A program made the translations under genes and the position numbers. Positions 10,637-20,989 of a stretch of 28,396 nucleotides of DNA are shown one piece after another (position 1 is the first letter of the stretch; every line of letters starts with the position of its first letter). Under the pieces are notes generated by a model. The model worked only from the letters and a program-made list of their open reading frames with translations, had not been told where the DNA came from and did no database searches. Origin of the DNA: Azolla caroliniana (lineage: Eukaryota > Plantae > Polypodiophyta); assembly GCA_043228905.1 (NCBI GenBank), contig JBHGNT010000398.1, positions 1 through 28,396 on the forward strand, given 5' to 3'.

Positions 10637-11684
10637 AGTATTTTAAATGCAAAAACACTTATAATGAGATATTTTGAGGGAGAATACTTGTTTGGATAAG
10701 CATCATAGAGAATAAGATAAGGATATCCAATATAAGGTGGGGTTAAATTTTGGAAACAGTATAGGTGTTAAAGAAAGGGAAAATATTAGTAAAGAGATAG
10801 CCAATGTCTCACCAACATTTTATAATAACATCATGAACGTACAATATTCAAGGTCGTTAAATTTTTGTCTCACATTCAAGGATATGGCAGGGAAAGGCTA
10901 GATAGATGTAGAAAACTGCACATTTTAACTTAACAAGTTGTGACCTTTGATTAGTTAAATTATCGATGAGTGTTTTATGCATCCACAAGAGTGCACCTAC
11001 TAATCGGTATAGTTCATTTTTCTCCCATTTTTGAAAACTAAGAATCTCGATGTTGATATTGTTAGAAAATTAGGGACTTGTAGATTTCATAGAACCAATG
11101 TGAGTGTAAAACATATCGCAAATGTAGTTGGAACTTGAGACAATGTAGTTGCGACGTGGCATACAGATTGAAAACCTTTTTGTTCAGACGTGGATAAATA
11201 AATATTCGTAAACATACGCGGAAAGTGGGGGCACACTAATTTACGAAGACAAAGAAATGTAATGTGGACGCAAGGAGAATAATTGTTGGCATATGCGGCG
11301 AGAGATCTTGGAATACCTTGTCTTTTTTAATTATTACACAAAAGGCAAATGTGTAAGAAGTTATTGTTCAAGGCTAAATAAGTTATTGCATTAGAAAAAC
11401 AAAAAGGGGAGAGGATAAAAATGATGAAAAGAGAAAAGCTTTTATTCGCGCATTGACACGAAGAAGTCGGTGTTGAGTGTGAGTGAGTATGTGTGTATGC
11501 GTGTTGGGTGGGGTGGGGTGGTTTGAACTTTGAAAAAATGTGAAAAGGACTCAACTAGAGAAAAGAAACATTTTGATTTGTACATTTCATGCGAACATGT
11601 AGAGGAGTATACGTGTTGTTTGGGGGTAGGGGGGGGATTGGTCGGACAAATGTGAAAAGAGCTCAACCGTGTAAAGATCATGTG

Positions 11685-11692
11685 TATAAATA
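11685..11692 (+). promoter_or_regulatory. Probable TATA box of the LURP-one-related gene
   Basis: TATAAATA about 140 bp upstream of the ATG at 11825, followed by a pyrimidine-rich leader. Confidence 0.6.
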
Positions 11693-11824
11693 GAGTGAGA
11701 TATGTAGTTGTATATATTACAAGTCTTTATCAACTCCTAATCATAAACACATAAATCTTTTGCTCTTCTTGTTGTGAGGACAAACTCCACTCAATTCTCT
11801 TCTCTTTCATTCATTCATTTGAGC

Positions 11825-13201
11825 ATGGATTTCTATGTGGTATCAGAGGACTTCAAGTCGGACTGCCCTGTCGAGTTGACGGTGTCACAAAATGCACTAA
11901 GCGCAAGTGGGGAGGGCTTCACGATCTCGGACGAGAATGACAATGTCATCTTCAAGATGGATGGGCATGCCCTCAGCATCCGTGACCGATGCACCCTCCT
12001 CGATTGTGATGATAACCCCATCCTCACTGCACGCAAGAAGGTAGATTTTACATATACACAATATTCTTTTCCTTTTTGCTACTTCTTTTTTGTTTTTGTT
12101 TCTAAATCCTTGTATCTCCTTTGAGATGAGTGGTTTCCATCTTGATCTAACGTAATCCACTCCTATTGGATGTACACAATTAATTAATGATCTTCCCTCA
12201 CATGGATTTTGGTTTTCTCTTCATTCCTCAATACACACAAAGGAAGAAAAAACTCTTCTCATGATTGGCCCAAATTTGATTCTTTTTAAACCTAAATTCC
12301 TTTTTAACATCTCAAAGATCTTTAATTTGATTCTCCTTTTGCTTTTTTGCTTTTCTCAATTCTAGTTTCTTATACAATTAAGTGACAATCGAATTGGATC
12401 TCTCTCATTTGCTTTTTCAACTTTCTCAAATTCTCTTCAGAATGGCTAAATAGGTCTCTTTCATTTTCTTTTTGGGTCGTTCAAATCCAATTTCTTATAC
12501 AATCTTGATCGATTGAATCAATTCTCTCTCATTTGGGCCTTCCCTATAAAATAATTTTTTTAAATAGATTTGTGTTTATCATGGGTACATCATTCTCCTC
12601 ATGGACTCTTAATGAATAACCTTCTTTTAGCTTTTTCCTTTGTCTAACTTCTATATGTGTATCTTCTCTATGAATATAGCTCATTTCTATTCATGAGAGG
12701 TGGGAAGTCGCAAGAGGTGGAGATTTCGATGACGAAAACTTGATTTTTTCCGTCAAGAAGAGCTCATTATTCCAATTCAAGACTCACCTCGAGGTCTACT
12801 TAAATGGTTGTGATGGCGACGATGGGGAACCCGACTTTGATGTGAAGGGTAATTTCTTCTCAAGAGAAGTCGACATTTTCCACAAAGATCAACGCATAGC
12901 AGAGGTACTGCACTAATCTATCTATCTATTTGTATGATGTATGTATGTATGTGCACTAGGTGTATGTATGTATGTTCTTAGTAGTCAACATGGTTGGCTC
13001 TTTTTATCATAATGCCATTATCAATTTTGTAACTAATGTAGTTTTTCTTGTCTTTGTCTACCAATAAAGCTCAAACGAAAACACTCAATTGGTGATGCAC
13101 TCCTTGACAAGCACACCTTTACCGTTTGTGTCGAGCCCAATGTGGACCAAGCCTTCATCGCGACACTTGTTATCATAATGGACCGTATTCATGAGGATTA
13201 G
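11825..13201 (+). CDS. LURP-one-related protein (Tubby C-terminal-like / DUF567 / LOR family), 190 aa, 3 exons
   Basis: Exons 11825-12040, 12680-12904 and 13070-13201, all with phase-0 GT-AG introns. The spliced protein reads MDFYVVSEDF...GFTISDENDNVIFKMDG...TLLDCDDNPILTARKK | LISIHERWEV...FSVKKSSLFQFKTHLEVYL...PDFDVKGNFFSR...IAE | LKRKHS...HTFTVCVEPNVDQAFIATLVIIMD. These are typical LOR family motifs. Confidence 0.93.
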
Positions 13202-13695
13202 GTTCCTTTGTTGAATGATGATTACAACAATATTGTGTAGCTTTATGCACAAATATGTGATAATTTGGTTTATCACATTGTCATCATAAATGGCTCTTCT
13301 TTTCATGAGCCTAAGTTTATCTTGATGCAATATGAATATATTTTTATAATTTCTAGTGTGTCTCGTGCACTTGTGGAAATTTGTGTCCTTATCCTTAATT
13401 CTCTTAAACAAGAAAAGGGATCATAGAATTGTAACAAAGAATATATTGTTTTTTTCTTGTTATGGTGGTTCCCCTTCACCTTCCATGCCACAAAATGAGA
13501 CTCAACAACGCAACAAAGTGTATTCACGATTTCTACACATTACAAAAAGCAAAACAATAATGCATGCTGTAACACGCCGCACTAACTTTTGACGCCTACT
13601 TTTAACTTTGCAAATGCAATGTTAAGATCAACATGGATTGTCGACTACATTAGTATTAGCATCCGTCTTTCTTCTACGCGCATACTACATTGCAA

Positions 13696-13731
13696 TCTCT
13701 CTCTCTCTCTCTCTCTCTCTCGCTCTCTCTC
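13696..13731. repeat. (CT)n microsatellite
   Basis: Directly visible, with one interruption. Confidence 0.95.
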
Positions 13732-14115
13732 AAATTTAAGAAAAATACATTCTTATAAGAGTCTCTTTTTGTGATGTGAATGTATGATGATTTGTGAGAG
13801 ATGTATGGTATCATGTTTAAACATCTTACATAAGTTAAAATAAAATACAAAATTGTTTTCTTCTTTGCATGGTTGGTTTCAAAAGGCTTATTTTTTCTTC
13901 ACTAGCTTACATTCTCTTCAATGGGCTCGAATGAGAAGACTTGTCGACTATGCGTATTTGGAGCTAAATAAATTTGTGAATCTGAGCATAACAGTCTAAT
14001 GCAATGATCCACCTTCCATCAAATTTTAAAAGGGACTTCAATTTTAATGTTTGATGTTTTCATGTACACATTTTTCTATAAGGCACTCTAACAATCTATA
14101 TTAATAAAATTCTAG

Positions 14116-14292
14116 AACATTGAGGGTCACTAATAAACTCCACACAAACTATGCAAATTTCACTTTAGCCCCATAAGTCAATTTCTCAAGCATTGAGAGT
14201 GACGAATAAACTCCACACACAAACTATTAGAAAATATTTTACATTAGTTCCAGAAGTCAAAATTTAAAACATAAAGAGTCACTAGTAAACTA
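14116..14292. repeat. Degenerate tandem repeat, ~73-79 bp unit, ~2.3 copies
   Basis: The motif CATTGAG(G/A)GT(C/G)AC.AATAAACTCCACAC recurs at ~14118 and ~14191, and in more diverged form at ~14270. Confidence 0.8.
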
Positions 14293-14473
14293 TTCACGAG
14301 TTTTCTAGTGGTAAGGTCATAGTTCTTGTGTTCAAATCAGTAGATATATCCATCTCAAGTATCTTTGTCTATCTCTAAAAACAAGAATATTAAAATAACA
14401 TGGCAATACAAGAAAATCCTTGATGTTCCACAACAATAGAGTGGGTGGACCTTGTTGTCCCTACTACAACACA

Positions 14474-14474
<1 letters not shown>

Positions 14475-14501
<27 letters not shown>
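14475..14501. repeat. (CT)n microsatellite
   Basis: Directly visible. Confidence 0.95.
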
Positions 14502-14504
<3 letters not shown>

Positions 14505-14549
14505 TGTGAGGCTAGGTGTTGGGGCACATGCGATGAGAGTAGTCGACTA

Positions 14550-15522
14550 TGCACACTTTGCCGAAACATCACACCTGCTTTCGAGGTTGTTGAAAGGGGA
14601 TGACCAATATCAATATTCTATTATGTACCATCATTGCCTCTTGAACATCGCTTGCCTCATACAACATCAAACTCGAATGTAACACTCCCCACATTGTTGA
14701 TCCCCATGAAAATAAGCAACCAACATTGATTGTTAAAAATAACGAAAGAACTTTATTCCATACTTGTTGAGCCAAGGAACATGACCAAAGGGCATGCTTG
14801 GTAGTCTCTTGCGCTTCGTGGCAAAAGTCACATTGTCGAAGATTAGGTGTTACATTCCCTTTCAATGAGTGACCAACTGGTAAGGCCATATGCACTAATA
14901 GCCATCAGAAGAGAATAAATTTACTTGGCCCCTTGAATGACCAAATCCATTTCCAGTAGGTTTTCAAATGCAAAGTTGAGACAACCCAAGTGGTTCAATG
15001 TTTTTGAGATGCTGGTATCCTTGCATTTCGAGAAAGCAATAGTGCTCTTCCAAGTTTTACTGAGTTTTACAATAACGTTATGGGCATTATGGAAATGTCG
15101 ATGCAGCCGATGTTATGATGCGACATATCAGTGTCTCTCAGATGTCTTGCGTGAGATATGGGAGAACTTGGTGGTAGTAGTCTGCGGCCAGTATGACAAC
15201 ATGCAGGGTTCACTAGAGATTGTGAACAAGAGAAAGAAGAAGCTCCTTCACTTATGGAAAAAGTTACCCCTATTCTCTGAGTCAACTCAAGGGCCTCAAT
15301 GGAACTATCAACTTCCTTGGACCCTTTCTTGATTAACAGTGAAGCATGACAGAATGAAAAATAAATAAAAATTTACCTTTTACAAAGTTCTACCTTTGGT
15401 CTTAGGATTATTGTATATCATTGTACATGAAAATTGTAAGCTTTTGGGCACATAAGCTTAAGCTGTAGCATTCACATGTTTTTCTTAATACTAATGAGGA
15501 AAATCTTTGAAGAAAAAAAAAA
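14550..15522 (+). mobile_element. 5'-truncated L1-clade LINE 3' end with inverted 5' segment (zf-RVT domain) and poly(A) tail
   Basis: The minus strand at ~15055-14550 encodes YWKWIWSFKGPSKFILF*WLLVHMALPVG...CDFCHEAQETTKHALWSCSLAQQVW (zf-RVT CCHC). The plus strand at ~15057-15332 encodes the downstream ITLWALWKCRCSRCY...W segment and stop, followed by a 3' UTR and A10 at 15513-15522. Confidence 0.85.
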
Positions 15523-16779
15523 GTTTGGGGGTTTGAGTATCACACTTTGATACAATGCTTTTCCAAATGTATCATGTGAAAATGTAATGTTTTTTTCTCA
15601 TATGTCATATTTGACCGTCAAAGACGACAATACAAATCCCTCCTCTCTCTCAAATAATGGATTTCATTATGAAAGAAAAACACCAACATGAATAGCTTAC
15701 TACAAACTATAGAACTCTAGGGATCTAAATGATAGGAAACCAATCCCATCCTACACACCAATTTAGATGTTGAATATGATGACATGTCACCTTGCACAAT
15801 TGGCTCTCTTCATGGTTGAGATTCTATGACTTCTCTAACACTGTCAATTGCCACAATAATTCCTTTTGAGTTTGCAACATATTTCCTCACCCCACACACA
15901 TTTCGTATGTGCACAATGACAAATAGTCTTTTCTTTCTAGGAGTTAATGTGTTCGTATGGCGAGAAAACATGTTTATAAAAATAGAATGATTATAATCAT
16001 GAGGGTTCACACCAATATATGTTGCCTTGATGTAGAAAAGTTAGTTTATCGCAACACCGTTTTTGAATTTCCAATGTTCATTAGTATTGGTCGCTAGAAA
16101 CTCAAACTTTAATCATGTTAACCATTCGATAATACAAGTTAATAGGATTTTGATGCGTCAATAACATGTTTGAACTTTGTAAGACTATGACCCATACAAA
16201 AAGATAGGTTGGTGCCTTAATCATTTGTTGTAATTTCGCTTTTAAGTTAGGTAAGATGCATTATGCCAGTGTTAGGGTTTTACTATATAACTATTCCTTC
16301 ACCAAGAAATTGAAACAATGTTTGATGAAGACATAAAGTGTAAGACACATTAATTCTTTCTTTCCAATAATATATCGCATATAATACAATATCATGAGCT
16401 TTTGGCAACAAGGGATTCCTAATACTCTTTAACTAAGAATGGCAAATATGGAGGATTGCATCCAAAAGAAAGCTAGATGTGACGGTAGCACAATGCTTGC
16501 TCAACCTACAATAAGGACCCAACAACACACTATCCAATCACAAATGCCTAGGGAAGGTGGTCTTATTCTCTAAAACCTTCTACAATTTTTTTAACCAATG
16601 AGGAGCTCTACTAGGCATGCCCAATGAGGATAGGGAGCTGCCTCTAAAGAAAATCTAATTCTCGTGGTAAAACTATGTGTTGTTCCCCTTCAACAAGTTT
16701 CACGTAATCTCATTGTTGAACATTGATAGAGACTCACAAACACCCATGAACTGCAAGTGTTTGAGGAATGTCACCTTCA

Positions 16780-17030
16780 TTCAATAAAATTTTGGTCAAT
16801 TATAGTAGTAAATAATGTTTAAAAAGGAGATATGGGAGTTTTAGTATATTCCTTAGTAGGTGTAGTGGGGGATAGAGAGTTGTCTCCAAAGCAAAGTGAG
16901 GTGTTACAATAGTAGTAGAGTCGATTGCTTGGCCTAGAGGGAGGGATTAAATTGTTGACACTAGAATAAGGATGTTAATAACACTCTACGGCACCATGAG
17001 TTTTTGAAAAACACACCCCATTCAATAAAA
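16780..17030 (+). mobile_element. Possible Ty1/copia RT remnant
   Basis: DMGVLVYSL (cf. DLGxLxYFLG) is followed by LQSK (cf. LSQSKY) and a later TP motif. Heavily decayed. Confidence 0.25.
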
Positions 17031-20000
17031 CCTTAGTCAATTTTTGGGATTTGACAATAGTTGTAACTAATCTATGCTCAGATTCAACATCCAAATCAAG
17101 GGTCAGGAAGAAACATCCACATAAGTTTATTTCTTGTGACCTAAAATTGTATCAACCTAGGAAGAAATATAGACTCGCAGGAAAACAATGTGCAATAGAC
17201 GACTGTTTGTGAATTGTTTCTTCACTTTTAATGCATGAAATGCACATGTGTGATCATACATTGACACTCACAATCAAACACTAACTGCCACAAACAAAAA
17301 ATGATGCTTAGTGTGGTCCTTGTATTACATGATTTTGACTCATACTCAAGTAGAATGCATATCATGCATAATGTTATGCGAGATGGCACGCATGGCAAGG
17401 CTACAATGCTCTTGAAAATATCAACATAGTATTATAAATTAATATTTCAACAGAGACTACAGATTTACATACTATTCATTATCTATTCTATGCATATATG
17501 CATATATCTTTTTCCACACTAATAAAACTGAACCACCCAAGGCTGGGGATGATTAGGTTCAACATCAATAGTGAGAATTGAAATGAAAGGATCCAAAGGT
17601 AGTGTAAATATCTTCTTGTCCTCCCCTAGGCATTGTATGAGAAAACAAAATGTCATTTAATATGCATGCTCTATTGACAATTCACCATACAAATTGTAGT
17701 AATACATCACAATGGGTCATCTCGCACAACAAAACCTTCCACATAAGAGGTCAAAAACTTCCTCATGGAAGCACATCTCATAAGTTTCATCACTGACTTT
17801 GGCACATGCTTTGTGATATTTCATACAATGGATATTGTGTTGCTTATTTGACGAAAGGTTCACAAAATTCTCCTCAATAAATGATAAATCACAAATTATC
17901 GTGCTATTAGAGAAAGGAGGTACAATCTCAAGGAAATATGCTTCGGTTTTGGAGAAAGGGGACAACCCATTCAGCATAAACTTCGGCAACCCTAAAAACG
18001 GGTAGGATTCGGTACTTATTCTTCATTCTATACACGTAGCACCTGGATATGATTTAAACTTCTTGGCATTTGGATTGCAACAAGACCATCTAATTGTTGT
18101 CACCCATTGGTCAGTGGATCTAGAAACCAAAATGGAGTTCTCTTTAGTATACCATTATGAAGCCATTTCATTTGAAAGCATTACACGGTAAATCATGACA
18201 GCAAGGTATTTTTTAAATTTGTTTTGACGGGTCAATATTTCGAAATATCCAAGCATTCAAGGTTTTTTTTGCATAGAAAAAAAAGAATTTTTGATTTGTT
18301 GAACGTCATATTTGAAACACTTAATTATTCAAGATCTGATAATGCTCAATTTTGACATGCATTAAGTCATATCAACAAAGGGCGAAGCACAATATTATGA
18401 CATTTCCAAGGGCCAGTATCATTTTATTTGAAATAACTCATATTACTAGTGAAATCGCAGCATGAGGTGAAAACCTCACAAATGGAAGTTCATGTACAGA
18501 ATGTCATGTTGACCATAGGATCTTAAAAGCACTATACAAAACCCCAAATGCAGGTCATGTAGCCTTGGACCACCACCACACAAACATTGGCTAAGGTACA
18601 TGTTAACAAACAAAATGGGATATTTTATCAATCACACGAGTTATTTTTACTTCATGGTAAGTGTCAAAAAACTAATGCCCAATGTTTTGGTATCAAGGCT
18701 GAAACAGCATCAACTTAGACCACAGTCAATGTGAGAGCAGAAATGGAAAAATCCAAGTTATATTACAGAAAACCTTAAGGTGGTGCATGGGATTGACATG
18801 AAATAAAGCATGAGGAACAAGGAATATATTAACACAATCTATGTCAACAAAGAGAATGCCTGGAAAATACGGCTGATTGCGCTTGCAATCTTTTGAAGAA
18901 ATTGAAAATTTTATTACAAAAAAGCATATTCCAACACTAAATGGCCCTGGAAATCATTTTGATTTGAAAGAAAACCCTCTTATTTAATAAGTCGATGTCC
19001 TAATATCGCAAAACTACCCTATACCCATTAAATATGTTGGTATGATTTTAAGCATATTTAGATTTTTATCTTGATTCTAAAGGGATGGTTGACCTATGGA
19101 CCTTGAGAGTTTATGGAACAATCAAACTATCACAGAGTGAATAAAAAAGTTCAAAACATTTTATCATGCATTAACTTTTGTTTCGTTCTTTCTCCTGCTT
19201 GTTTATAAATTTTGTGGAATCCACTAATCTTCATGGCTGATATTAGCACTTACATACGGGGAACCTACTAAGGACGAATCTATAGAACAAGAACATGAGT
19301 CAGGCTTAGAGATAGCATGGAAAGGCTTATATACGAGAAAAAATAAATCCCATCCAATCGAGAATGTTGATGGTATCACTGCTTTGGCTGATATAAGACT
19401 CAAAGGGGATACAAATTTAAATTGAAGACCTTGTTTTTCGTACCTTTCATTTTTATCCAGCTATCGTGATAATTCAATTCCTTCATCACCAATGAATTTC
19501 AAAGGCTTGGTTTTCTAGAAACAATCTATTTAATTTTTCCACTCTAACAAGTACCTCTTTAAAAAAGGAGGACTACATTTCAAGGTTAGTTGTTTTATAT
19601 TGAATACATTTCAGTTAACATGTGCGATTATTTTATTCTGGAAATGCGATATATCAATGGTGCATGAATCTTTACTCTAAACCCTAGACTCGAGAGCCCT
19701 AAATCTTAAACCCATGTGAGAGAAAAATGTAAAAATCAAGAGATAAAGAGACATGAGCACCTCAAATCTAGAACAAATGAAAGCACATCTCACTCAATCT
19801 CACAAACATGTGGCGAAAATTAGTTTAAGATTGCTTTCTCTTCTTTTCATTGGTGAAATGAATGGTTTGTTTATCATATTGTATTATCATTCAATATATA
19901 AGCTCGGTAAGAAGAATCCAAATATACAGAGTTTGAGGAAATGTTCATGCTTTTTTAAAAATTTACTGCGTGTTTTTATTTGGGATAATAATAAACCTAT

Positions 20001-20989
20001 GATTACCTCTTCATTACTGTAATTTCTACTTATCAAAGTTGTGGGTTTAGGTTTCGGGTTCAGAGATGGTAAAAAAAAGGTATTAGACTATTAAAAAAAC
20101 ACTTCAGATCACCATTCTAAGAAGAAATGGGGCTCCTAATCATCCCTCAAATCTAGTGTTTCAAACTCAAGTAGCAAAAATAGAAATATGGTTGACATTA
20201 TACACCACAATATAGATAGGTACACACATTGAAACTTTGACTGCATTTATTTACATGTAAAACATAATACCTGGCTTTGTTGTAGAAAACATAATAAGAG
20301 TAGGTTTGAGTAGCTCTTGCAAAACTTGGCCCCCTGTCCAAATTAAATATGAAATCCTAAACAAGTGACTGAAGAAACCTTACTAAATTAATTTATTTCT
20401 AAGAAAGAAGAGAATAACTTACAGATATATATACTTACAAATATTATTTGTAAATATGGTTGGGACTGATTTGAGTCCTTTGTAAATCCATTGTCCGGGA
20501 GGAAAAATAATATGTTATTTGTACAGGTACTTCTTAATTAATCTTCAAGTTTAAGATCCGAGAAATAATCAATGGGTGCAATGATTGGTCTATCTGAAAA
20601 TTTAGAAATCTGTTTTGACTTCAAAATTTTGCTCAATAAGGAGCTATGGATATATGATATCAATCCTACCATACAGTGTATTTTCTCTTATACTTCAAAA
20701 TGTCAGAAAAAGAACAGAAAATTGGGTACATGCAAATTTGCTCAAAAAGGTGCAAGGATATATAGATTCAACCTCTGCCATATATGGGTATTTTTATGAT
20801 TCGAAAATAAGCTCTTAATCCAAAAAGATTAAAATCGTACACAAGTGGATACATGCATTTTGATCAAGAAGTAAACATATAAAGATACTCTACGACTAGG
20901 AAATAAGCTCCTATATTCAAAAAAATTCCAACAATTTCAAAACAAAAGGCACACAAGTGATACATGCCTTTGAATCATATGGTGATATC

